A stretch of 64,000 nucleotides of DNA, taken from the human T2T-CHM13v2.0 reference genome, Homo sapiens. The DNA is taken from assembly GCF_009914755.1 (NCBI RefSeq), contig NC_060928.1; one strand, given 5' to 3'. The notes below the pieces were generated by a model that ran no database searches, was not told the origin of the DNA, and saw only the letters and a program-made list of their open reading frames with translations. Of the stretch, positions 41,251 to 53,647 are shown piece after piece; the stretch's first letter is position 1, and each line of letters starts with the position of its first letter. The position numbers and the translations under genes are program-made.

Positions 41251-41792
41251 ATTATTTTAAATGCATCAGTCTCTTAAATTATGGAGAAAACAAAATGTGG
41301 AGTTACTAGCCAACGTTGCAATAATACTAGCTTTTTATACTAATAATTTTTTAAAAAAATCATTAGTCTCTTAAATTATATGGAAAACAAAAAGTGTAGT
41401 TGCATGCTATTGATACAATAATATCAGCTTTTACAATTGTCCATGTATTTGCCTTTATTGAGATCCTTATTTCTTCATACAGCTTTGAGTTACAGTCAGT
41501 GTTCTTTCATTCCACCCTCCAAGACTTTCTCTAGAATTTATTGCAAAGCAAGTTTAGTGGTAACAAGCCCCCTGAGGTTTTGTTTATCTGGGAATTTAAC
41601 TTCCCCCTCACTTTTAAAGTACAGTTTTGCCAAATATAGGATTCTTGCTTGACAGTTTTTTCTCTTTTAGAACTTGGAATATATTGGCCCCTTGCCTTCT
41701 AGATTCCAAAGTTTCTGCTGAGAAATTTGCTGATAACCTTCTTGAGGATCCCTTGCATGTAATGAGTCACCTTTCTCCCTGCATTCCATATA

Positions 41793-41836
<44 letters not shown>

Positions 41837-43230
41837 CAGAGTTTGATTATGTGTCTCAGTGTTGATCTCTTTGAGTTCATCTTATTTGGAGTTTGTCGAG
41901 CTTGTTGAATATTTATAGTCATGTCTTTCATCAAATTGGGAAATTTTCATCCATTATTTTTTCAAATATTCTATTTTACTCTTTCTCTCCTCTACCACTT
42001 TTGTTTTCCACAATGCATATGTTGGCTTATTTGATGATATTCCATATATCCTTTAGGCTCTGTTAATTTTCTGTACTCTCTTTCCTTTCTGTTCCTCAGA
42101 CTTGATTCCATTGTCCTATCTTTATGTTTGCTGATCCTTTCTTCTTCTTGCTTTAATCTGCCTTGAATACATGTGATGATTATTTCTTTTCAGTTAGTAT
42201 AATTTTCAGCTCCAAAATTTCTTTTTGGTTTCTTTTTAGGTTTTCTATCTCTTTATTAATATTTCCATATTGTTCATACATGTGTTTATTACTTTCTCCA
42301 CATCTTCCTTTAGTTCTGTGAGCATCTTTTAGACAGTAGTTTTAAAGTCTTTGTCTAGTAGATTTGCCATTAGGTCTAATTCAAGGACAGTGCCTGTTGA
42401 ATAATTTTTTTTCTTTGAACAGGCCATGCCTTCCTGTTTTTCTTTTTTTGTTGGTGGTGTGATTTTATTGTTGTAAATGATATTTGAATATAATAATACA
42501 CTAACTCTGGAAATCAGAGTCTCTGTTTACCTGGGTTTGCTGTTTTCTGTTGTTTTGTGTATGTTTTTTATTGTTGTAGGCTGTCTCTACAAGAAGGATC
42601 AGCCTGAGGTGTAAATTTAAAGTCTTCTGAGGTCTTCTCTCAGCCTGTACCTTTTTCTGGGCATACATAGTCACTTTCTAATTTTCCCCATACGTGCAGT
42701 TGCTTTTGAATGTCCTAGTCTATACTATTTGGTTATCAAAAGGGGAAAAACAAAAATTAACAGATGTGAGGAAAGACCAGTGGCCCTTTACATCCCTTAG
42801 AAGTCACTTCAGCCTGAGGGGCAGGGGCCTGCAACAATGGGGAGAGGTACAACAATAATGGCTGCCCACCTCTTTGTCTGCACCTTTGCGGTCAGAGCAG
42901 CAATTAGGGATTCGACACAGATTGCTGATATTTGAAGACAGGGTTGTTTTTGCCCACCCTGGCTCCTTCCAACTGTGTGAAAGCTGCTTCAGGACCATGT
43001 GCACAGCTGCCTGCTGCATTGCTGGGCGCACTGCCTGCCACATTGCTACTGAGGTAAGAGCTGAAATGGACTGAAATTAGCTACAATTTACTGTCTAAGC
43101 CTTCTTTCTGGGAATTGCAAGCCTTCAATACACTCCAGAGTTCCAAAATAGTTACATAAGACAGATTCTCCCAGTGCAATTTTTGTCTAGGTGGGAGACA
43201 TCTTTCTGATGCTTCCAACTCTTCCCAGAA
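41251..43230 (-). mobile_element. Old L1M ORF1/5' region
   Basis: tttgtttatctgggaat...atagg attcttgcttgacag and gtttctgctgagaaat are antisense ORF1; about 97-bp diverged tandem unit at 41265-41435. Confidence 0.7.
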
Positions 43231-43414
43231 CCCTCTCAACAATGGTGTTTTGGAAGAAATTAAGCTTTAGCTATTACATGTAAAGATAACTATCATATGA
43301 CTAAGGAAAGCTCCCTGGATTTTCCTAAGCAAGTATCTTCTCTCCTTGGCTTCACTACAAGGAGAAGATGGCATCAGAGTATAACATATTTCTCAACGCA
43401 TGCCTAAAAAACAG

Positions 43415-43567
43415 TCATTCACCATCCTGGTTAGATATAAGAATCACCTGCAAAGTTCTTTCTAAAAATATAGGGTTTCTGTATCTGATAAATCAGAACT
43501 TTTAGGGAATGGGAGTGGGAGGGCTTAAAAATTCTCTCAAGTAATTCTAATGCATATAAGAATTGAT
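43415..43567. mobile_element. MER5-type hAT fragment
   Basis: agaatcacctg...aaatcagaac...aattctaatgca. Confidence 0.55.
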
Positions 43568-43919
43568 TATGAGTCACTAGATTCTAGAAGAAGAGAGGTC
43601 TCTTACTCTGTGAAAGACAGAGGCAGAAAGAGGAAGTCACCTTGTGATAATCTGGTCATTGGGAGAGGCACAGAGATAAGTCGAGCTATACTTCTTACAT
43701 TAAATACATTTTCGTGGATGTTTGATGAGGGGCCAGAAAGTGTTACCCAATGAACCTCCATGGTACCAAATACAATCAAGCTTGTCCCAGGTTAGTATTG
43801 TCCCTTTACAAGCCATTAGAAGTATCTGTAAGCCCCTATCTATATACCACTTTTATCAGTTTGGTTTAGGGTTAAAAAAAAAAAACCTTAAAGGTTGAAA
43901 AGGACAAATGAGATTTGCA

Positions 43920-44438
43920 TTTTTGGCCCCTTCCTACATCTTCAGGATTATTTCACCTTCCTGTGTCTCCAATCCAGCAAACTCTTCCATGTCTCTGAAA
44001 CTTGATATGCTCAAATTACATCCCTTCTGCATTAAGCGATGAAACATCTCTTCTCAATACGCACTCCTCTTTCTCTCACACTCTCTCTTCCTGTTTCTCC
44101 ACCTCTCCTTCTAGTTAACTCTAAACTGTTTTTTTAAAAGTGTATTTCAAATAGGCTCTTCAAAGAGGCCTTCCTTGCCTGCCTCTCCACAAGAGTCAGG
44201 TATCACTCCCTCTTTACATCTCGCGTCTCACTCTGTTATTTTTCTTTGCAGCATTTATCAGAGTCTTGTGTTACACAGTTTTTGGTGTGAATATTTCATA
44301 AATTTCTGTCTCTCGCATTCAAAAATAGGTTTTGTAAGAGTTGGGCCTGGCTCCCTTTTGTTTGCTGCTGCCCCAACCTAACCAAGTGCCTTTCCCCTAC
44401 TACAGGTTCAAACACTATTTGTTAAATGAGTGGAATAA
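43920..44438 (+). mobile_element. L2 3' end
   Basis: agaggccttccttgcc...tatttgttaaatgagtggaataaa. Confidence 0.6.
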
Positions 44439-44899
44439 ACCAAAGAGACTTTGTTGTCCCCATCCATGGCAGAAAATGGTTTTATGTATTCATTCAAAAA
44501 TGTCCTCAATGTGCCAAAGTCAATGAGAATTAAATGATAAATCAAATACAGATTTCTTGAAGTCTTTAGAGTCTACTGGGAAATAAAATATACATATTCA
44601 AATAATGATTCAGGATACTGTAAAGGCAGCAATAAATTTTATTAGTAAGATCAAATTTCAGGCCTACAAGGTTGCCAAAACAAGGAGACTCTCCACATGA
44701 GAAGACTGAGGGGGCCTCACTGCCCTGGGCTTGTGTGACCTCCTACGTCAGCCCTGTTACCTTATGGCTGCGTGGCTTTGAGGCATTTCACCTATTTGTG
44801 CAGCCACCTCCTCCTCTGTGAAAAGGTCACTCTTCTACTGGAAAGAGAACCCTGTTTTTATATAAAATGTTTTTAGCAGAATACTGTAAGTTCTATAAT

Positions 44900-45755
44900 A
44901 CTGAAGAAGACAAACAGATGGTGAGTCCACATATGAAAAGAAGTTCAGCATCATTAACCATCAGGGAAATTCAAGTTAAGTCCACAATGAGGTATCGCTA
45001 CACACCTGTCAGCACAGCTAGCATGAACAATGACACCAGACACTGGTGTGGACACAGGGAAAGTAGATCACTCATACAGTGCTGGTGGGAATATGAAATG
45101 ATACAGACACCTGAAAAATGCTTTGACAATTTCTTTAAAAATGAAACATGAAACTACAACCCAGAAATCACATCCCTGGGTATTTATTCCAGAGAAATAA
45201 AGACGTATGTTGATTCAAAAACCTGTACACAAATGTTTATAGAGGATTTGTTTGTTATAGCCCCAACCTGGAAACAAGCCAGAAGTCCTTCAACAGGTGA
45301 GTGGTTCAACAAACAGAAGTATAACCACACCGTAGAGTACTACTAAGTGAGACAAACAGATGAGATATAAATATCTGTAACAATCTGCATGAATCTCCAA
45401 TTATGCTGAATGAAAAGATACATAAATGTTATGTACTATATAATTGTTTATGTAACATTCTCGAAAAGACAAAATTATAGAAATGGAGAACAGATTAGTG
45501 GTTGTCAGGGATTAAAAAGGTGGTGGAGATGGAAAGGAAGTTGGTGTGGCTGTAAAAGGGAAATATAGACAATCCTTGGGGTAAATGAAATGCCCAGTAT
45601 TTGATTGCATCCATGTTAATATCCTGGTTATGTTATTGTACTATAGGTTAGGGAAATATTACCACTAAGGCAAACTGGATGAAAGGTTGATGGAATCTTT
45701 CTGTATTATTTCTCACAACCACCTGTGAATCTACGATGATCTAAAAATATAAAGG
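44900..45755 (+). mobile_element. L1MC/MD-type 3' end
   Basis: gaagaagacaaacagatgg (ORF2 C-terminal remnant) to ctgtattatttctcacaacc...gtgaatctac. Confidence 0.8.
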
Positions 45756-47079
45756 TGAGATTTTAGAAGTTAAAAGATGGGAGAATATCTGAGAAAGGAG
45801 TATGTCAGTTTGTCAGTTGTCGGATGAGCCTTAGAACCTTGACAGCATAATGGTGAGTGATCCTGACTACTGAGGAATCCTCGGGCTTCAAAGATTTGCC
45901 TGTAGTGCTCTGCGAGGTGCTGCAGACATGACTGATTTTTCAGTGCCAAGAATGGAAGAATGAAGGCTGTTCACATCAGTCAAAAAGGTGGTCATTTAAG
46001 GCTTCACTGCACAAGGTGTTCTTTTAATATACATTTTTTGATCATCAAAAAAGCCTGGTGGTCTCAGGAAGTGTTCTGTCTTTGTTTCCTCTAAAACGTA
46101 TGAACTAATTCTTAACTTTAGAATCGGTTTTGTAGGGCTAGTCATGTTCATAACATTTAGTCCTGCTGAGCTTGAGAGAAGGCTTTGTATTCTCAGGGAA
46201 GATGCTTTCTTGGCTCCATAGGAGACGATTTTGTCTATGTCTATGAAAATACCTGCTCCTCTTTTGAGCTTTTATGTTCTATTCAATCTAGCTGGCGTTA
46301 CCTATTATGACCACAGAGTCCTGTTAGAGCTTGGTTATAGCTCAACCAAATAACATTTAAGCACTTTGTTAAGTTTAGAAGGTTTTTGATGTTTCCAGTA
46401 TTGTTTGGTGTTCTTCAGCAATTTTCCCCAAAATTTGAATATTAATTTAGATAAGATAGGAGTCAGTTTTTCAGAATCCTTAATTATCTAAATTTTTATG
46501 CTAATGTGTAACCAAATTGTAATTACTTCTTTGTAAGTCTCCATGTTGTTTTGTTTTATGCATGTTGGGCCACAGATTGTGTTTCCCTTTTTATTTTTAT
46601 CCAGATTTTAAATGCTGGTTGTTATTCAAAAATAATGGTCCATAGTGGTTGGACACTTCTCTCAGGAATAATGGTCTATAGTGGCTTAGGTGATTCAATA
46701 GAAATGAACTTTCCAAAAATATAAATTGGTTTAAAACATTGGGGAAATGTGATTTTATTTTTCCTTTAGAAATCAGTGGAAACTTTTCTTTGGATAGAAG
46801 ATGATCTATCTGTCACTTTGAATCAGAATTAACTAGCAGTAAATATTTATGGAGAACATTACAGTTTAAGAATGCTTTTGATAGGTTACTTCATTTTAAA
46901 TTCATTATAACTCTGTAAAGTAGATATTATTCTTCCAGATTACATGTTCTATTTTATTACTATTGTGGACATTTTGCCAGGTTAGAGACACGGGTACTGT
47001 GAATTTCTTAGTGGTCTTTTGACATATATTGTGTATGCAAGACATACTATGTATTCTACTAGTAATTTTAAAATAATAT

Positions 47080-48620
47080 CTCCAATAATACTTCAAACAC
47101 AATCCCCCCTGTGGCTCTTGGTCCCCGATTCTGGGCCATTGGTTCTCCCTCTGGACTTTGGGCAGTGTTTTCTGTGTCATCCCCTAGCTTTTCATGAAAA
47201 GTAGCACATGTTTGAAGCTGAGTAGTTTTATCAGCCTGTTTTCTGCCAGTAGGATTTGAGAATCTGACAGTCCTCTGTTATTGTATACTCTTTCTGTCTT
47301 TTTCAACCAAACCTGGCAGTGTTTCTGCAGATATAAAATTCTCAAGAACTTTATGGGTTTCCCATGGTCGTCACTTGTGTTCACTCATTAGGTAGAATTT
47401 GGGTTCATCAAGTCTTCTGGCATCATCACTATAGTATTTTTGTCTGCTGCGTAGATGGCTGCGAGAAAACGCCTTTAAGCTTTTTGAGTGCCTGTAGTTA
47501 TATTGAGGGGATCTGTATCCCACAACCTTAATCTCTTCAAAGAGCCTTTACTGTACCTAAGTACTCTCATTGTTTGATCTTTATGAAGGTTTAGTAACAG
47601 ATTGTATAATCACATATTCAACTTTTGTTTTTCTCTGCCACGTTTTCTGAAGCATCCTCTTAATTTTGCCATCATTGGCATCTGGATAGGGAAAGAATCT
47701 CACAAATCATCAAGTCTGGTTCTCTTTCATTTAACAAGTTCAGGTTCTCTTTTGTTTAACAATTCTCTCAACTTATCTTTCTCTTCTCACGTTTTCCTAT
47801 ACGCAGAAAAAAAAGCACTTCTTTCATCTATTTGCTTGAAAACCTCTTCACCTAAATATCCAAGTTCACCGTCTAAAAAGTCCGTGCTCTACATGACTAG
47901 AGGGTGCAGTTTTATTTTGTTGGCCTGCTTACAGCAAGGATCTCCCTTCCTCCCGTTTTCAATGCATTTCTTCTGAGTTCTCATCAGCAATGCCTTCAAA
48001 ATCCATATTTCTACCCAAAGTTTGTTTGTTCTGATTTAACTTTTCTCTAAGGCAAGCTAGGTTTTCTCTATAATGCTCCTCCATAACTTCCAACCCCTTT
48101 CTGGCAGAGTCTTTAATGTCTGTATTTTTACTAACAGTCTGTTCAAGACAATCTAGGTGGTGTTTTCTCTAATGCTCCTCAGAATTCTTCTAGCATCCAC
48201 TTAATTCTGATTCCAGTGCCACTTCTGAGTTTTTAGGTGCTTACCACAGCAGCACACCATTTTCAGGTACCACAGTATAAAGTTTTTATGCATTTATAAC
48301 AAATTACCATAATCTTAGTGGCTGAAACCAATGAGAATTTATTATGTTACACGATAAGGAGATTACGTAGGCTTGACTGGGTCCTCTGCTTAGGGTCCCA
48401 TAAGGCTGATCAAGGTGTTGTCAGGGCTGCACTCCTTACTGGAGGGTTGGGAAAAGAATTTGCTAATGAGCTCATTCAAAGTTTGGGGTAAATTCAGTTA
48501 CTTGAGGTTGTATACTGAAGTCCCCTTTCCTTGCAAGCTGTCACGTAGGGCTGGAGTTTGCTCCTAGGGGCTGGCTATATTCCTTTTCATGCTTTTCATG
48601 TGGCTTCTGCCAGCAGTGAT
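47080..48620 (-). mobile_element. MLT1 (MaLR) internal fragment plus LTR (LTR from about 48275)
   Basis: caccattttcaggtacca junction then ataacaaattaccataatcttagtggctgaaac. Confidence 0.7.
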
Positions 48621-49029
48621 AGATCGACCAGAATTTTTAGCATTGTATCACCCTTGAAATTTGGCATAAAATGCTATCATTTGTTTTTTGACCACTGACT
48701 TTTTGTTCTTTAGTATTTGATGTGTGCAGGAAAGCACTTTTTTTTGTGTGATAGACACCTACAATGAGAAAACCACATCATTGGAAGGTTCTTAATGAAC
48801 CCTGCTAATCCATAGCTCAGAACAACTCAGAAGAGTTTGGAGGAAGCAGAAGCGGCATCTCTTTCTGTTCAGTGATTTGTTGCTTGTGTCTAATACCAAG
48901 TATGTATACACGACATGCTCTCCTGATTATCATAAAATGCATTTTTACTAACAAATTACATTTCACTAATCCTTACTATAAGAAAATATAAAATAATTTT
49001 TCTTCTGCTTCTGCAAATGCTTTGATTTT

Positions 49030-49745
49030 TCATTTACTCAGCAGGTATTCCTGGAGGTCCTGTTATGTGCAGTACCCTTGTAGAGAACATAATTGAGAAT
49101 GTGACAGGCAGGGTCCCTCTTGCCTGGGGCTTAATGACAGATGATAAAATAAGATGGGATATTGCAGATTATAATTAGTGTTTCTGAAAGGAAGAGAGAT
49201 AGGCTGCCATGTGGAGAAAAAGATGTTACAGGGTTAGAGAGGTGTCATCCAAGAGAGCCTCTCTGAGGTAACATTTAATGATAACATTTAAACCTGAGCT
49301 CTGGGATGAGAAGCAGCAGCATTTCTAGACCAGGGGCCTGAAACTTCTAGGCTGAGAAGACAACAGGCTTAAGGTGGGTATAGCTTGATCCTTTGGAGGG
49401 AGGGGCTCAGGGAAGGCTGATGTGACTGGAGAAAAATGCCTGGGGAAATTATGTGAGATATGAGGGTGGTCACACAGCTGTCCACAGGGCAAAGTGAGGG
49501 GTTGGAATATTATCCTGAAGGGCCTCTATAGGAGTATCCAAATCAGGTAAACATTTTTAGTATATTGCTCTGGCTGCTGGGAGATAATAGGTTGAAGGGC
49601 AGGCAAAAGTGGAAGAGGGGAGACTGGTTAGGGAGTCAATAGTCCTGATAATTATGATAAGGCTTCATCCTGGGAGTGGCAATAAGAATGAAAGACGCAG
49701 AAGAGAGATTTGGCATCTATGTTGGAGGTAGAACCAACGGGTGTA
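49030..49745 (-). mobile_element. L2 3' portion
   Basis: tcatttactcagcaggtatt...ctctgaggtaacattt...ggaggtagaaccaac. Confidence 0.7.
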
Positions 49746-50069
49746 CTTTCCTCTTCACACTGTACACAAACAATACCCAGCCTAGAAAAATGCTGATGAC
49801 TTAGTAAATGTCTGAAGGCAGGGAGATGGGAAGAATTGAGGTGTATGGCCATCTGTTTACCTGCTCCATCTCTGTTTTCAATATTTATGAAATATCATGA
49901 AAGACAAAGAATATTTTGACGCACAAAATCTCATAAAGAAGCTTTTTAGTCACTGGAGAAAAATAAAGTGCTTCTTTGTTGACATCATCCTGGCTTGCAG
50001 TTTTGCCATGTCATAGATAAGACATGCAAGATTAAGTACTAATTTTTAAAAATCTTATATTTAATCTGA

Positions 50070-50335
50070 GTGATAATAATGATAGGTATGATTTCCCACA
50101 GGCAGATTATGTGTCAGGTCTTATGCTAAGGACTTTATGTACCCAATCTTGTCTAACCCTTACAGCTGCTCTTGTAAGATTGAGATGGGGCTATTTTCCA
50201 TATTTTACGGGGGTCCTTGGTGTACAGAGGTCTAATGGCTTTGCCCTGGTCACCACATTAGTAGTTAGGGGAGTTCACATTTAAAATTTGATCTGTGTAT
50301 CTCAAAGCACAGGCTTTTACCCAACACGTGGTGCT
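50070..50335 (-). mobile_element. MIR SINE
   Basis: ttatgtgtcaggtcttatgctaagg...catattttacgg...ggtcaccaca. Confidence 0.6.
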
Positions 50336-52674
50336 CTTGCCTCTATTCTTTATTTATTTTCTTTGGATTTTATAAAAGATTCCACAACCATTTGGTTTTC
50401 CATCACCACTGAAATCAACCTTTCCTTCGTGGTGCATAAAAAAACAACTGTCATCTGCTTGGAATCTAGTAAAACATGGAGCACATTGCATAATGAAAGA
50501 AGAAATAATTGAGAAGTCCAGCTATCAAAAAAAGTCAGAAACAAAGATGAAGATAATATGTTTTGGATGAGAGCAATTGCCTACAAATATAACTGTTGAG
50601 GTGGTGATGTCATAAAGAGAACAGAACAAAGATTGTCTAGGCCTTGGCATGAGATCCAAGTGAAGTGCCCTGAAAAAGCCACTGACAAAGATAAGTCTCT
50701 ATTTTTAAAAGCATTACAACTAGTTACCATTCTCTGTATTTAACCCAGCGAACTACATATCGGAAACTAAAATTTATTGGAGAGATTCTCAGAACCATAC
50801 TAGAAACATTACCGAGGTCTCATCTAGTTTTCTCTACTGCCTTCCAAGGTAGGTTTTCATCATTTCTAGGTTTTAGATATGAAAACAGAGGCTGAGAAAG
50901 GGTCAGTAAGTGGCCCTGGGAAATTGCAGGGAGGGACTGACTAGAGTCCAGGCCAGCTTTCAAGGCAAGACTGTGCTCTTTCTGCCACCCCTCATTGTAC
51001 CCAACTGGGCTCAGCCTGAAAGATAAACAACAAGAGTGCTCATTGTGTCCTTCTTCGGACCTTGCAGACCACTCACATTCAATTTTTAAGGGGAACATAT
51101 TTTCCTTTACTTATTTTGTCTTAATCTTTGTAGTTATGTTAATATTTAGAAAGAGTAGCCCTTTATTTTCTTACCAGAAGCCATTTGTTGTCCTGGACAC
51201 CAATAACCCTTTAATGGGTTTTATAGAATCTATAGTATTCTGCTAAAAACATTTCCTATAAAGACAATGTTCCCTTTCTGTCTGCTAAAAAAAAATGTAT
51301 CTATGGAGGAGCTGAATTTTTATTTTGCTTGGCTCATTATCACAAAAGATGTGCAACATTTTTCATTTTTTGCATACTGCTTTTGAGATGGCTCTTTGCA
51401 TCCAAGCAAGGCTTTTTATGATGTGAAAAAATTTGTATCTATATATTTAATAACATCTTTGTTTAAGAGACTCAGTTCCTAGATTATTTTTGTATACTTT
51501 TTACATTCATTGGGAATATTAGAAAGTGAAAGTGATAGAAGTTATTTTAATTTGGTTGTAAGTCCAAGGCCCTTGAGATAGAAAACAGATTTTTTTTTTA
51601 AAGTTTTCTGTCAGTAATGAATGCTGATGCCTTGTACTAGTTTTTATCATAATTTTTAGGAAATTAGGTACAAGCCTTCCCACAGTAAACATCTGAGGAC
51701 ATTTATGTTTACCATTAGTGTGACAATTTTTTTTTCAGGGAAAAACAACTACTAAAAAGAAATAGCTCCCTGCAACAACAAATATTTCTTCCCTGTCACA
51801 TCTCACTCTAAAAAGGAGCATTGTATTATACCTTGAATCAATTAATCTGTTCAAATTAATAATCTGAATTTGGTGCCTAGTTTTTCCACTATCCATAAAA
51901 AGGGAGTGGAATGATGTAGGTTGCACTGGGCCTCAGCTCACCTCCAGGCTCTGGTTGGAAGCTCTCTCGCTTTTTATGTTGATGCTACAGTAATCAACTC
52001 AAGTGGAAAAAATAGTTGACCAATTGCCACATTTGTATTTTGTCAAAATAAGTAAATTTTAGTTTGTGTATTATAACAAAAGGGATTTAAATGTTTGTTT
52101 CTTCACAAAGGCATTATGTTTGCTCCAGTTTCGCTGGATGTTAATAGTAAAAATTATTCTGTGATTATTGTCATTTATTTTATATGACATTAAAAACTTC
52201 TGTTCTCATTAAAGTCAGTTGAGGCCTTTGTGAGCACTCTTGGTATTCATTTGAATGTTAAATGAGAAGTTATTTTTTCAAATAAAATTATGGCTTTTTT
52301 TAAAGACAGAATCTGCTTTATAAATATTAATATATTATTACTAGCAGAGATCCATGAAAACTTTAAAGAAAGAGGTTGTACTTGGCCTACATCCTCCTTG
52401 TCATCACTACCATTATATTTACTTGTAAAAGAATACAGAAACAATGAAAAATGAATTTTGTTTATGTCAAAAGATGAAGATGACTATTAACTTGTTATAG
52501 TTATGGAATTGCAAACAAATACTTATGAAATTTACCATGATACATGACCCTTACTCCCAGGCACCTAAGGGAGCATCTCTATCTTAGAACTGTGGAAATA
52601 TCCTTAGAATCCTGTAAATTTCCAGGGTTCACTGGGGCTTTTTCTCCAGTATAAACACTAAAATAGATTTCTCA

Positions 52675-52778
52675 CCCCTCCTCCTCTTTCTCCTCCTCCT
52701 CCTCCCTCTTTTCTTCCTTCTTCCTCTTTCCCTTCTTCTGCTGCTACTCCTACTCTTCCTCATCTTCCTCCTCCTCCT
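52675..52778. repeat. (CCT)/(CTT)-rich polypyrimidine tract
   Basis: Direct reading. Confidence 0.9.
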
Positions 52779-53159
52779 GTGAGCCAGTTTATATTAAATT
52801 CACACTTTCTTATTTCTACTGAAATAGTATAATAGTGTCAGTGACTGAGAGTGAAGAAACATAGAGGGACCCTAAGAAAATCCATTTGAGTACAAAGCTA
52901 TGTTGTAATACATTTTAAACATTCCAAGGTGGTATCTAGTTTGTTGATATAATGTTATGAGATTTATCCCCTCATTCTCAAAGAGCAATCCCATCAGCAA
53001 GCCTGATGGTCCTGGGGAAAGGAGGAAGGCTGAGGGTAGGAAAGATGAAGGGAGTACATCATGAACTATTCTTCCACTCAAGAACTTTAGAAGGTGGGTC
53101 AACACCCACAGATGCCAAGTGGTTACAAGGATAGGCTTGCAAGTTAGGTTGTCTGTGTT

Positions 53160-53350
53160 ATAATGTGGGCAATTTACTTTACCTCTCCATGAGTTTCCTC
53201 ATCTATAAAATGGGGCTAATACAGACTAGTTGATGTATTAGGTTGGTGCAAAAGTAATTGCTGTTTTTGCAATTTCCGGATTAAATGAAACAATGTGAAT
53301 AAAATATTTAGAAGAGTGATCGGCACATGGTAGATGCTTAGTAAATATTG
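53160..53350 (+). mobile_element. MIR interrupted by a MADE1 half
   Basis: agtttcctcatctataaaatgggg...ggattaaatga...ggcacatggtagatgcttagtaaat. Confidence 0.85.
53238..53274. mobile_element. MADE1 / Hsmar1 TIR (half element)
   Basis: TA + ttaggttggtgcaaaagtaattgctgtttttgc. Confidence 0.9.
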
Positions 53351-53373
53351 TAGGAGAATATAAACTTTGTTCT

Positions 53374-53647
53374 GGGGTCCCACTCTGTCACCCAGTGCAG
53401 TGGTATGATCACAGCTCACTACAGCCTCAACCTCCTGGCCTCAAGGGATCCTCCCACTTCAGCCTCTGGAGTAGCTGAGACTATAGGCATATGCGACCAC
53501 ACCCAGCTAATTTTTTATTTTTTTTTTATAGAGATGGGAATCTCACTCTGTTACCTAGGCTAGTTTTGAACTCCCAGGCTTAAGTGATCTTTCCACTTCA
53601 GCCTCCGCAAGTGCTGGGATTATAGGAATGAGCCACTGCACCTAGCC
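53374..53647 (-). mobile_element. AluJ element lacking tail
   Basis: gatcacagctcactacagcctcaacctcc AluJ diagnostics. Confidence 0.9.

Noticed and set aside
41265-41435. About 97-bp tandem duplication as a novel repeat
   Set aside because: Highly diverged and within old L1 sequence; probably intrinsic to the element
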